In this document: piece by piece, positions 15,184 through 28,445 of the stretch
Layout of the letters: each line of letters begins with the position of its first letter
Numbering within the stretch: position 1 is the stretch's first letter
Assembly (NCBI GenBank): GCA_951406725.2
Contig: OX597815.1
Span: 6,572,001-6,636,000 of the forward strand
Source: Octopus vulgaris
Lineage: Eukaryota
DNA length: 64,000 nt
Reading direction: 5' to 3'
Notes under the pieces: model-generated
Database searches by the model: none
Told to the model about the DNA's origin: nothing
Seen by the model: the letters and a program-made list of their open reading frames with translations, nothing else
Position numbers and translations under genes: made by a program

Positions 15184-15423
15184 GTTCTGTTTCACTTTTG
15201 CTTTACATTTGCACAAGTTGGCTCCAAGTCTCACCCAGAGACCTCAAGAGACAACAAGTTGGAAGTTCATGTTGGTGTTATGCCTAGGGTGCCATATATT
15301 TAGTTTTGTACTTAGTGTTGTACTAGTGAATGTCTAAAAAAAAACATACGAAAATTATGTTTGTTTTAAAACTTGAGATTACATAGAAAGTATTTTGCGT
15401 AGGATATGAGCCAATTCCCATGA

Positions 15424-15499
<76 letters not shown>

Positions 15500-15500
<1 letters not shown>

Positions 15501-15790
15501 GACAAAACGAAGAGGAGAGCGATGCGATTGCAAAAGATGTTTTATCGGTTTGAACGATATTTCGACAGCTTGCCTGTCCTTGTCAAGTTCAAAATGAAAA
15601 GTGATACATAGAAAAAAAAAGATGTCCTCGTTCAAGCTTTCGAGTTTAAATTTCTACAATTTTGAATTTCAGTGTATCACATTTCATCTTTGAATTCGAC
15701 AAGGACGGGCAAGCTATCAAAACATCGTTCAAACCAATAAAAATATCCATTACAATCGAAATGGCGTTCTTCGCTTTCTCTATTTTACCT
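15500..15790. mobile_element. MITE-like inverted-repeat element
   Basis: ggtttgaacgat...agcttgcctgtccttgtc is mirrored by gacaaggacgggcaagct...atcgttcaaacc. Confidence 0.6.
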
Positions 15791-15862
15791 TTGTGAGGAA
15801 TTACGTCAATCTTTTTCAAACATCAACATCAGGTAGAGTGAGATGATTGATTTTATCATCAC

Positions 15863-15954
<92 letters not shown>

Positions 15955-16156
15955 GGCTGGCAGAAACGTTATCACGCCGGGCGAAATGCTTTGCGGGATT
16001 TCATCAGTCTTTTCGTTCTGAGTTCAAATTCCGCCGAGGTCGACTTTGCCTTTCATCCTTTCGGGGTCGATGAATTAAGTACCAGTTGTGTACCGGAGTC
16101 GATCTAATCGACTGGCCACTCCCCAAAAATTTTGGGTCTTGTGCCTAGAGTAGAAA
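15955..16156 (+). mobile_element. SINE family B
   Basis: Consensus match. Confidence 0.85.
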
Positions 16157-16159
16157 TTA

Positions 16160-16242
<83 letters not shown>

Positions 16243-16787
16243 GAGTGAGAGAGCAGTGCATGCCATCAAAGTGACAATGGGGTAAAAAATACGAAGCCCA
16301 GTATACCCGTCTGATAAGGGTACACAAGGCACATGCATCACAACCATATGTGCGCAACATGGTGATCTCATATCAAGATAAACATTGCATGACCTTGAAG
16401 GTGGGGCCCAGTTAGAATTTTCTTCTTGTCGAGTAACCCATCCTGCTTAAAAGGTGCCTGAATAAAGATTGTTTAAGGATGTTGAAAGAACCACCCATGT
16501 TTCCAGAGGTGAATTATTCAAACCTCTAAGAATTCCTCTCAACACATGGCTATGATGCTCCCCCACTACTTCTGCTCGTGATCAGAGATGCACATATCGT
16601 CAGCCACTAAGGAACATGGTCAACTGGTTAAGGTCAAACAACTGACAAGCAAATCTGTGGTATTGAGCAGAATATTTGCTGTAGACCATCTTTTATACCA
16701 AGACAAAACAATGTACATGATAACACTTGCAATCAGTTAAGATCAGAAGCCATGAGAGCCACTGCCTGGTACTGCATCAGGGCTTTT
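16243..16787 (-). mobile_element. (TAA)n-tailed non-coding retroelement 3' end (also 63630-64000 on +, and about 19040-19070)
   Basis: Minus strand ends cactgctctctcactcaa-(TAA)n. Homologous pieces occur elsewhere in the window. Confidence 0.65.
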
Positions 16788-17166
16788 ATCATCATCATCG
16801 TCATCATCATCATCATCAAGGTGATGGATTAATAGAATCATTCGAGCGTCGGAAAAAATGTTATGTTTATTATTTGGCTGTTTAGACTTAAATCGTTTTT
16901 AGTTGGCGTAATTTGCCTGTTTTCTACAAATGGTCACATGACCAAATCCCTTTCGTGCCGATTGGATGTTTTAAGTTATCCAGTCAGACCAGCAAAAGTT
17001 TGGTGTGTTTTGAGCTTACCCGTAGCTATAAATAGGGAATTTCCGCCATGCATTCTCAGAAAGGAGAGAATTGTTAGCAGAAATCTTTGACGCCATGTTT
17101 TGTGTTTTTTTCTCGCGAGCATCATCATGCAAAAGCTGCACGAGGAAACCATGTATTTTTGTTAAC

Positions 17167-17382
17167 AGGCGCAGGAGTGGCTGTGTGGTATGTAGCTTGC
17201 TTACAAACCACATGGTTCCGGGTTCAGTTTCACTTCGTGGCATCTTGGGCAAGTATCTTCTACTATAGCCTCGGGCCCACCAAAGCCTTGTGAGTGGATT
17301 TGGTAGACGGAAGCTGAAAGAAGCCCGTTGTATATATATATATGTATGTATATATATATATATATATGTATGTATATATATG

Positions 17383-17453
<71 letters not shown>

Positions 17454-17483
17454 CGTGCGGTACCTATGAATAATAGTACCCTC

Positions 17484-17543
<60 letters not shown>

Positions 17544-17725
17544 ATATGTTGGTGTGTCTATGTTTACGTCCCCGTAACTTAGCGGTTCGGCAAAAGAGAC
17601 CGATAGAATAAGTACTAGGCTTACAAAGAATAAGTCCTGGCGTCGATTTGCTCGACTAAAGGCGTTGCTCCAGCATGGCCGCGGTCAAAATGACTGAAAC
17701 AAGTAAAGGAGTAAAAGAGTAAAGA
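17167..17725 (+). mobile_element. SINE family A with expanded internal (TA)n
   Basis: Consensus head and tail. Confidence 0.9.
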
Positions 17726-18246
17726 GAGAGAATTATTCATGTTGTACCAGTTTGCTGTATCTTCTGTTAGCTGAGAAATAATAAGTATGGCCGTCAATTT
17801 TAACCTGTGTCCTTGTTTTTCTTGACACTCCTCATCATGACCCGTTTAAAACCAAGAGATTATAAGATTACCAGGGCCGTAGCCACATCACCTTTTCACT
17901 CGCTAAACACTATTTGTTCTGGATCATAGCTTTGTATGTTCAAATCCCATCTGGATGGAAACGCTTACCCTTTCAAAATGGCAGCGTGTCATATAAAAGA
18001 AGGCTCGACTGCTTTTTGTAGCAGTTCGGCCCCTTCAACATGTTGGCTCTATTGTTGTTGTGTCTGCCTGCGTGGATGGACTTTATTGTGTTGTCTGCTA
18101 CGAACTTCATTCGGTTTTAATTCTGTTTATTAAAACACTCGAAAGGTAATCTCTGACTGGAGAGTTTCCTGTTGAAAGAAGGTCAAGTTGATAGCGGTGG
18201 CTTTTATCTCAAACAATCGTCTCGAAATACAATGTTTAGCTACTGA

Positions 18247-18276
18247 ACAACAACAACAACAACAACGACGACGACG

Positions 18277-18311
<35 letters not shown>

Positions 18312-18325
18312 CAACCACCACCACC

Positions 18326-18378
<53 letters not shown>

Positions 18379-18411
18379 CACTACTAAAATCAGCACCCCA
18401 CCACCACCACC

Positions 18412-18472
<61 letters not shown>

Positions 18473-18506
18473 ACTACACCACCACCACCACCACCACCAC
18501 CACCAT

Positions 18507-18542
<36 letters not shown>

Positions 18543-18700
18543 CACTACTAAAATCAGCACCCCACCACCACCACCACCACCACCACTACTACTACTACTA
18601 TTACTACAACAGTAGCAACAATAACAACAGCGGCAACAACATGGACAACGGCAGCAGCAGCCACAACAGCAGCAGTAGTAGTAGCAGCGGCAGCAGCAGC
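18247..18700 (+). repeat. Compound trinucleotide microsatellite (CAA/CGA/CTA/CCA/CAG)
   Basis: Direct inspection. The island ccactactaaaatcagcacccca is duplicated. Confidence 0.9.
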
Positions 18701-18757
18701 GGTCGTAAGTCAGGAAACAGAACATGGCGAAAGAGTTTAATTATAAATAATAAACAG
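18690..18757 (+). promoter_or_regulatory. Candidate 5' non-coding exon end with a YY1-like aacatggcg motif
   Basis: Consensus donor CAG|gtgagt at 18757/8. The ATG opens only an 8-codon ORF. Confidence 0.3.
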
Positions 18758-19067
18758 GTGAGTTTTCTTTGCACGTAACATATCTTAGATGGAGGGGGGG
18801 ATTTGATTACAGGTGTGTTAAATAGCGTCGTCATTTTCTTACGTTTCACCCAGAATTTTGTAAACAAATGTCTCTTTATTTTCGATTATAAGCGAAAGAA
18901 GAAAAAAAAATCATCGTCGTACTTTCGGTCTCTGAACGTAAAATGGCTGACAAGCTAGTAGAAAATGAATTCATTTGCTGCTGGTCGGAACACCGTGTTT
19001 GATTTTGAAAGCATCATATACTTCCAAGTTATGTTGACGGCTGATGGCATGCGTTGCTCTTTCACTC

Positions 19068-19123
<56 letters not shown>

Positions 19124-19166
19124 GCTACCGTTGTATATCTTCAGCGTTAGGAGCTGTGCAAAGGCA

Positions 19167-19200
<34 letters not shown>

Positions 19201-19543
19201 GAAGAAGAAGAAGAAGAAAGAGAGGGAGAGGAGGAGGGGGAGGAGAAGGAGGAGGAGGAGAAGAAGGAGGAGAAGAAGAAGAAGGAGAAGAAGAAGAAGA
19301 AGAAGAAGAAGAAGAAGAAGAAGGAGAAGAAGGAGAAGTAGAAGAAGAAGAAGAAGAAGAAGAAGAAGAAGAAGAAGAAGAAGGGGAGGGGGAGAAGAAG
19401 AAGAATAAGAAGTTAATACTATGTCTTACGCTTTCGTGTTAGCAGTGCGATTCAGTCACTTTTAAGTTTATCTCTATAGGTATTCTATAGTTTTTAGAGC
19501 CAGCACTGAAAGTTACGACGTTTCATATACGAACACGTCTATG

Positions 19544-20439
19544 TACGTGGTCTGATCAATAAGTATCCGGACTGTTGCCATAGTAACGAAGCTAAAGCAC
19601 GCAGAGTGAAGTTGCTTGGCACAGATTAACCTTGAACTCTGCTGTCCATGTTCCATAAGTTCTAACGTTCTCAGCTCACTTCCGCTGTTTACAGCAATGC
19701 TTGGAAGAAAGGTGTGTAGCTGTGTGATCTCTGCATTGACCATCACAGAGACAGTTGAGCAGAGATTCTGCAGTAAATTTCGCCAAAAGCTTGGCGATAC
19801 CAACTCAGAGACCTACGCAAAGTTTTCAAAAAGTTTCCATCATTCTTGACACAATCAAGGAGATCTTGTGCAATTGGAACCCGAGTGTCTTTTTGGTCAG
19901 CTGAAAGCAGTTTTAGCACAAACTTGGCAGACACACGTCTCGTACCCAAATCTTTACTGATAACGGACTGAACTGGACCGTAACTAATCTGCACATCCTC
20001 TGATAACTCATGGATGGTGAATTGACGATTTCCCTTCACAGCTACATGCACATCTGCAATGTTTTTCTCACTTCTGCTGATTGCGGGTCTCCCAGAACCT
20101 TCGTCTCTATCGATATTTTTCGGCCATCTTGGTAACGTCAGAACCACTCGTACACTTGTGTGCGGTTCATACACTCCTCTCCATACACTTTCTGCAACTT
20201 TGCCTAGGCCTCTGAGCAGGTATCGCCATGACAACTTTGTCATTGTCAATGCAATGATCACACGCTACACTTCTTCCTTCTAAGCACATCTGTAAACAGC
20301 AGAAGTGAGCTAGATCGTTAAAACTTAGTGTGCATGCACAGCAGTGTTCGAGGTTAATCTGTGCTGAGCGGCTTCACTCTGCCTGATTTAGCTCCGTTAC
20401 TATGGCAACAGTCCAGATACTTATTCATCAGACCGCATA
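19544..20439. mobile_element. Defective mariner with TA target duplication and about 40-bp TIRs, built from two inverted 5' ends
   Basis: TA-cgtggtctgatcaataagtatccggactgttgccatagtaacg at left and cgttactatggcaacagtccagatacttattcatcagaccgca-TA at right. Mariner HTH motifs (SGRP, RRVSAKFV). Confidence 0.9.
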
Positions 20440-21176
20440 AATATTGCAATAAAAGAGAGAAAAATTGCCAACGGGTGTTTATACATATTTCGGGAGTTCT
20501 TGAGTTCTGAAGAAAGAGCAAGCACTCCTGAAATATGTATATACACTCATTACTAACTTTTTCTATCTTCGATCGCAATATTTACATAGATGTGTTCGTA
20601 TACGAAACATTGTAACTTTCATTGCTGACTCTAATTTCCATAGAAAGCCTATAGAGATAAATTTAAAATAAATTGAATGGCTTAGAAGTGAGACTCCGAT
20701 CTGTCAAGATCGCTAGAACTCATGCGGCTGGAGCTTAAACTAGTTTCCATAGTGTATAAGTGAATGAGATCGCAACACTTCCATCCCTGGACGGGACGCG
20801 AGTCCATCGCAGGTTTAACTCCCCCAACTATTGCTGGAACCTGTTTACGGCTGAGTATTAACGCTATGGAAACTAGATTAAGCTCCAGCCGTATAAGTTC
20901 TAGCGATCCTGACAGATCGGAGTCTCACATCGAAGCCATTCAATTTATTTTAGAATTATCTCTATAGGCTTTCTACGGAAATTAGAGCCAGCAATGAAAG
21001 TTACGATGTTTCGTATACGAACACATCTATGTAAATATTGCGATCGAAGATAGAAAAGTTAGTAATGAGTGTATATACATATTTCTGGAGTGCTTGCTCT
21101 TTCTTCAGAACTCAAGAACTCCCGAAATATGTATAAACACCCATTACCAATTTTTCTCTCTTTTATCGCAATATTT
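20439..21176. repeat. Long inverted repeat / foldback element (about 315-bp arms, about 105-bp spacer)
   Basis: 20439-20755 is the near reverse complement of 20860-21176. Confidence 0.9.
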
Positions 21177-21199
21177 TCGCTATCAACTTGACCTATCAG

Positions 21200-22620
21200 T
21201 AAGCAGGTGTTTTTTCCTCAGTCCTTGATTATTATGTCTGGGCGATTAGCTTTTATTTCTTTGTCGGTTTGAACCGGCCTATCCCAGATGATTGTGGCCT
21301 GGTCGTTGTCTTGTACCTTGTTAGGCACACGTTTGTACCACCTGTTGTCAGTTTTAATGTTCTAATGTCGACATGTTGTCCAGTGTATATATCTGCTTAC
21401 TCAGTTGTGCCTGTGTACATATTCAGACCTGGCAAGGACTGGGCAGCCCGAGATCATGGGGTCAACTGTCTCATTGTGCTGGCTGCACATTCTACATTTG
21501 GTGCTGAGGCCTATTTTCATTATTTTGCTTTTATAATTGTTTGCAGTCAGGCATTGGTCTTGTGCAGCGAGGGTCAGTCCTTCGTTTCAGCTTTTAGGCC
21601 AGAGCTTTCGAGCCATTGTTGGCTTTTACTTAGGCTCACTTCTTCTCTGTCAAGCTTTGCAGGGTATTGACCATGGAGGGATTTTTCTCTCCATTTCTTC
21701 TTCAGCATGGTTTGCAATTTTATTTTCATGTTTTTCTCTCCTTGACCATTTCTGTTATGTTCTCATCCGAGATCAGTGTATCAGTGTAGTTTGTTTATGT
21801 TTTGTATTTTGTCGCTTCCTTGTGTGTAGAGAAAAGCGTTTTCTTTTCCTCGTGTTGCCTTACTACACGCAGTAGTCTTCCATTCTTGGTTTTTAAGTAC
21901 TTTCTTAGTCCAACTATAGTTTTCTATCTTTATCAGGCCATGACCTCCTTCTGAGCGGGGCAGATATATTCTGTCTGTATCTGCTTTAGGGTGATGACTT
22001 CGGTTCGCTGTTAAAAGTTTTCTAGGTTTATTTTTCTAAGTTTCTCAATTCATTGATCTTACAATTTATTATGCTAAAGCTGTAATTTATGACTGGTACG
22101 GCTAGTGTGTTTATCCCTATTATTTTGTTTTCAGCATTGAATCCAGTGTTTAATATTAGTCTAATTCTTCTGTAATCCTCTCTCCTAATTTTCTCTTTCA
22201 TTTCTGTGTGTTATATTTTAGCTGTTTCGTCTATTCCTAGACATTTGTATGGGCGATTGTGGTCTAATGCTCTAACTTCTGTGTCTCTGTCTAGTGCAGT
22301 GTTTTTGGTGCTGATTAATTTGCCTCTTTTCAGTGTGACTTCGGCGCATTTGTCCAGCCCCATGCTCATTCCGATGTCCTTGCTGAAACTATGGACAATT
22401 TTGAGAAGGTTCCTCTGTTCCATGGTGCATTTAGCGAGAATTTTTAGGTCATCCATGTACAGGAGATGGTTTATTGTTTGTCCATAGCGCGTATAACCTA
22501 TGGTTGTTTCGTTTAACAAGTTTGTTCGCGGGATCAGAGAAAGGAAGAAAAGCAAGGGTGACAGTGAGTCTCCTTGGAAAATCCCCTTTCTTATGGATAT
22601 AGGGTAGGTTTTAATGATTT
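21200..22620 (-). mobile_element. Dong/R4-clade LINE, degraded RT fragment
   Basis: ISIRKGIFQGDSLSPLLF...INHLLYMDDLKI...FSKDIGMSMGLDKCA. Confidence 0.9.
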
Positions 22621-22711
22621 GCGAATCATTTTTTAATAAAAACCAGTATGACATTAAAAAATGACTCACAAGTTGTTGTTGTTGTTGTTGTTGTTATTGT
22701 TGTTGTTGTTG

Positions 22712-22742
<31 letters not shown>

Positions 22743-22764
22743 TGTTGTTGTTGTTGTTTTACTA

Positions 22765-24237
22765 CTCAGAACGTTCGGTCTTGTTTGTTCTGGTAGATTC
22801 TGTGAAAGTAGACAGCATCCTACCGCCAGAGGTCTCACAGGGTCTCTTTCCGCACATTATAAGCTTTGAAACTAGGCTGTTAATTATCGTGGGAGACATT
22901 CAACATCCAAGCACCAATCTAAAAATCCTAGCTGTCCCCAGCAGAGCAGTTTTTGGGGGACTTGCTCTGCTCTCATATCAATTCCGATTTCTTTGACATT
23001 TTTCTCGAACTTGGTTCCTAGTGCTCCGAGTGCCCCCACAATTACTGGAATGACAGATACTCTCCTCATACTGCACATTCTTGCAATTTCGTCTTTTAGT
23101 AGTCTGTACTTTTCAATCTTTTCTAGTTCTTTGTCACTTATGCGTGCATCCCCAGGCGTTACAATATCTATTATCTTGATTTCCTTTTTGCTTTTATCTA
23201 CTGCAACAATGTCTGGTCTCCGAGCCTTGATTAGGGAGGCACATTGGATTGTAAAATCTCACAGTATTTTATGCTCCTTGTTCTCGGTGACTCCTTCTGG
23301 TTCATGTTTGTACCATTTCTATGCTCTCTTCAGGCCGTGCTTTTCATATAACCTCCAGTGGATGACCTTAGCCACATTATCGTGCCTCCTTTTGTAGTGC
23401 TTTTGGGTCAGCTTGCTACAATCACTCACAATATGTCAGACTGTTTCATTTCTGCTGCCACACGTCCTATAAAGGGGTGATTCGCTGCTCTTATCTATTT
23501 GGAACTTGGTGTAATTAGTTCTCAGAGCTTGTCCCTTGGCGCTGCATATCAATGCCTCGGTGCGTCCTTTCAGATCACTTTTTCTTAGCCATCTCCAACT
23601 GTTGATCTTGTCTTTTCCTTCAATTTCTCTCAAGTATTGCCCATGCGGTGGTTTCCTTTTCCAGTTGTTTACTCTTTCTTCATCTTGTTTCTTAAACGTT
23701 TTGGGGTGCATCACATTTTCTCTGGGTATTGTATTGTCAATTCTAACAGCAGCAAGCAAGGATTCACTCTGCTGTTTGATGTACCATCCAAGACTGTTCT
23801 TCTCGTTGACAACACAGATCTTGCATCCTATGAGACCTCTTCCTCCCCTGTTTCTAGGCACGTACAGTCTGTCAGTATCCTCGTTTCAGGTTTAGTTCCT
23901 TGTTAATTCTCCTCCTTTTTCTAGTTTTCCTCTCCATTTCCTCAAGTTCGTTGTTCGTCCAACCAAAAACACCAAATCGCATAAAGGAAACATCCAATGT
24001 ATTCTTTGCCCTCATTTTGTTTTATTCCATTGAGTCTTCTTCCCATAATTAACTTGGTTCTTCTGAGATATTCTTGCTTAATGAGATATTCTTGCCTAAA
24101 GCTTTCCTTCATTTCACTTTCCTTGATTTTGTCGTATTCTAAAATCCCCAGATATTTACATCCATTAGACTCAATATCTTTGATTTTCTCGCCATTGGGT
24201 AGCTTTACACCATCAGACGACACTACTTTGCCTCTTT

Positions 24238-24238
<1 letters not shown>
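22765..24238 (-). mobile_element. Second Dong/R4-clade LINE 3' fragment
   Basis: PRNRGGRGL, HGQYLRE, TEALICSA..QALRTN, VIPVIVGALG. Its 5' end abuts a (TAA)n run. Confidence 0.9.
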
Positions 24239-24277
<39 letters not shown>

Positions 24278-24279
24278 AT

Positions 24280-24982
24280 TGTCTTTGCACAGCTTCTAAC
24301 GCTGGAGATGTACCACGGTGTCAGCTGTTCACTACCAGTGAACTAAGGTAACACCTCTTATTTTTCGAGCACCTTCCGGAGTATTCGAGTGGTTCCAAGC
24401 AGTGCTGTTTTCTGCAAGTTCTCCGTCCTTATTGCAGCCCCTATTTGTTCCACGTACTTCTCGAGATTTTTGCTCACTGTTCCCAGGGCTCCGACAATTA
24501 TTGGTACTACTACCACCTTTTTCATTTACTACAACTGCTTAACTTCCCAAGCTAACCTGTCATATCTATCGTCTTTTCTTTCTTTATCACATACCTTGTT
24601 GTCAGCTGGGCATGCTATATCTAAAAACAAGCATCGTTTGTTTTCTTTCTCAATTAAGACTATGTCCAGCTTCTTATTCTCTATCTCATGGTCGCACTGA
24701 ATCATAAAATCCCAATTCTATTTTCGACGATGTCTTCAGGTTTATGGTCGTACCAATTTTTTTTGCTCTGTCAAGTCCATACTTGTTGCAAAGTGTCCAA
24801 TGGCGTCTCTTATACTCCTTCTGGGCTAGTGGCGTACATTGGCTGGTAATACGCCATACGGTTTCACCATTTTGTCCGCAGATTCTGCACTTAATACTCT
24901 CTGTTTTCTCTATTCTGTATTTTATGTAGTTTGTTCAAAGTGCTTGCTCTTGGGCAGCACAGATTAGAGCTTCCGTTTCCGG
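24280..24982 (-). mobile_element. Third Dong/R4-clade LINE 3' fragment
   Basis: The minus strand encodes ETEAL.CAAQEQAL-like and IIVGALG/LQKTALLGT motifs. Bounded by (TAA)n runs. Confidence 0.8.
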
Positions 24983-25066
24983 TTATTATAATTATTATTA
25001 TTATTAATATTTTTATTTTTATTATTATTATTATTATATTAACATCATCATCATCATCACCATCAC

Positions 25067-25111
<45 letters not shown>

Positions 25112-25132
25112 TATTATTATTATTATTATTAT

Positions 25133-25187
<55 letters not shown>

Positions 25188-25189
<2 letters not shown>

Positions 25190-25820
25190 CGAGCTGGCAG
25201 AATCGTTAGCGCGCCGAACAAAATGCTTAGCGGTATTTCGTCAGGCTGTTTACATTCTGAGTTCAAATTCCGCCGAGGTTCACTTTACCAATCGGGGTTG
25301 ATGAAATAAGAACTAATTGAACTCGGAGGTCGATGTAATCGACTAATCCCCACCCGACACCCACAAAATGTCAGGCCTTCTACCTGTATTCTACCTATAT
25401 TATAAAGAATTATCATTCATATTGGCGGCGAGCTGGCAGAAACGTTAGCGCGCCGGGCGAAATGCTAAGCGGTATTTCGTCTGCCGCTACATTCTGACTT
25501 CAAATTCCACCGAGGTCGACTCTGCCTTTCATCCTTTCGGTGTCGATTAAATAAGTACTAGTTACACACTGGGGTCGATATAATCGACTTAATCCGTTTG
25601 TTTGTCCTTGTTTGTCCCCTCTGTGTTTAGCCCCTTGTGGGTAGTAAAGAAATAGGTATTTCGTCAGGCTGTTTACATTCTGAGTTCAAATTTCGCCGAG
25701 GTCGACTTTACCTTTAATCCTTTCGGGGTCGATAAAATCAAGTACCAGTTATGTATTGGGGTATATTTTATCGACTAACTAACCCTTTCACCTATAAATT
25801 TCTGGCTTTCTGCCCCTCTT
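25188..25820 (+). mobile_element. Adjacent SINE family B copies, including a dimer
   Basis: Three B-box/body units. Confidence 0.85.
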
Positions 25821-26011
25821 AGAAGTCGGGAGCGGAGGGGGAGATGATGGGGGGGGTGACGTCACTAAAATTAGGAGCAAGGTTTCATTTTCAGTGTTAA
25901 GAATCCCTGGTGTCCGGTCGATGATGTCCAGTTATTGACCACTTCACAACCAATCATGATCAGAGCAATAAAGTTGCCTTAACAGCCTTGATGCTGTTGG
26001 TGTTGTCGCTG

Positions 26012-26043
<32 letters not shown>

Positions 26044-26275
26044 GGTGGTGGTGTGATAGTGGTGGTGGTGGTGGTGGTGGCGGCGACGGTGGCAGTGGTG
26101 ATGTTGTTCGACATCATGTCAATCCAGATTGAGAAGATATATAACCAAAGGCGTTCCAGGCGTGACAAACTCGTCTTTTTCCTTTCAATACAATACACCC
26201 AGGATCACATATTTCACTTCGTGTGTGAGTGTGTGTGTTTGGGCGTGTTTGTATATGTGTGTATATGTGTGTGTG

Positions 26276-26327
<52 letters not shown>

Positions 26328-27646
26328 CGAAGTGGTTCGTGGGACAAAAATATGGTCGAAAAATACTGGACAAAATTAATTTCGAGACAATTTCTCTTCT
26401 GACTAAAGGGAGACAACTTCCAATAAACCTTCAATTCATTCGCATCGTCTGTTTCTTAAAATATTGTCACAAAGGCAAAAAATTCGAGGGAGTGGGGAGA
26501 AATCGATCACATCGACTCCAGTGCATAACTGGTACTTATTTTATCGACCCCGAAAGGATGAAAGGCAAAGAAGCCGCCTTTGCTTTTCGGCTTTTCAGGG
26601 TTCATAAAATAAACTGCAGTGTGAACCGTTGCAGAAGACTTTGTCCAAAAGACCGCGCGGTGGAACGGAACCCGAAACCAGTCGACTGCGAAAGGAACTT
26701 CTTGAGGACACAGCCGTAATAAGAACTGGGTTGATGTAATCAACTGTATTCTCTGCCTCAAAACTTATGCTTTAACGTCAGACGTCAATACACTCGCGTT
26801 ACGGAATCGCTGCAGTCCTGAAAATCTTGCCGCAACATAGAATTCTGTGATGCGAAACATATTTTCCATGTAATAGCGAAGTCACTGAAATATATATTTC
26901 ATGTTACGGAATTTTACGTTGCGGCTTTAAACGGTTCTGTAACCCGAGGGATGCTTATTTTTATAATCTATCAAGGAATAATATTATAAAGTTTGTTGGC
27001 GGGTATCAGTCAAAGGGACGTAACTCTGGTTCAATAATGCGTCAAAGCTTTTAACTTGATCTTTGAAAAGCAAAATGCAAATTTTGTGCTTCTTTCAGCT
27101 CTTCGTGTTCTGAGTTCGAACTCCGCCCAAGTCGCCTTTATCTTTCATTTTCTCGAACTACTTTCTCTTTTGAAAAATCATTTAATTTCATCGCTGATTT
27201 CAGATACAAATTAACCATGAAATTAAATGATTTTTCAAAATTAACAGATTGTCATAAAGATTAATACTTTTTACTTACCTTTAAAAAAGAGTAATTTATA
27301 GCCGCTAATTTTATGCAGAAATATAAAAAACCTAGAATTACTATAAAATAAAATAAATGAAAATGAAAGCACAACACCCAAGACTTCCAGAACCGGTTTT
27401 TCGTGATTAGATTAGTCAAAGCATTTGAGTAAACTCAGTCTTGACGTATTTATACATCTTTTCCTGTTTATGGTTCTTTTGATGTTCACTTTTCTATCCT
27501 TTTGTGTTTTGCACTTTTGATTTTTATTGCTGTCTCTCTTTACTTGACTTGTGGTTACTTTCTGTCCCTTCTTTTAACCTTATCCAAAATGTTGTAGTGC
27601 ACCTGAGCACTGAATAAGCTTTATTATAGTTATTAAATCGTTTAAG

Positions 27647-28445
27647 GCAGCGAGATGGCAGAAACGTTAGCACGCCGGGCGAAATGCGTAGCGGTATTTC
27701 ATCTGCCATTACGTTCCGAGTTCAAATTCCGCCGAGGTCGACTTTGCCTTTTATCTATTCGGAGTCGATTAAATAAGTACCAGTTACGCACTGAGGGTCG
27801 ATGTAATCGACTTAATCCGTTTGTCTGTCCTTGTTTGTCCCCTCTGTGTTTAGCCCCTTGTGGGTAATAAAGAAATAGGTATTTCATCTGCCATTACGTT
27901 CTGAGTTCAAATTCCGCCGAGGTCGACTTTGCCTTTCATCCTTTCGGAGTCGATAAATTAAGTACCAGTCACGGACTGGGGTCGATATAATGGACTTAAT
28001 CCGTTTGTCCCCTCTGTGTACAGCCCCCTGTGGGCAGTAAAGAAATAAGAAACGTTAACACGCCGGGTGAAATGCTTAGCGGGATTTCGTCTGCCTTTAT
28101 ACATTCTGAGTTCAAATTCCGCTGAGGTCGACTTTACCTTTCATCCTTTCGGGGTCGATAAATTAAGTACCAGTTGCGTACTAGGGTCGATCTAATCGAC
28201 TGGCCCCTCCTACCCTCAAAATTTCGGGCCTTGTGCCTAGAGTAGAAAAGAAACGTTAGCACGCCGGACGAAATGCCCAGCGGGATTTCGCCCGTCGCTA
28301 TGTTCTGAGTCCAAATTCCGCCGAGGTCAACTTTGCCATTCATCCTCTGAGCTCGATTAAATAAGTACCAGTTACGCACTGGAGTCGATGTAAACAACTT
28401 AATCCCCTCCCCCCACCAAGCTGCCCTTAGGCAAAAATTTGAAAT
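27647..28445 (+). mobile_element. Tandem array of SINE family B units
   Basis: gagttcaaattccgc.gaggtc at about 27718, 27903, 28108 and 28307. Confidence 0.85.

Noticed and set aside
18188-18778. 196-aa low-complexity ORF
   Set aside because: Compound trinucleotide microsatellite with no domain and a non-ATG start.
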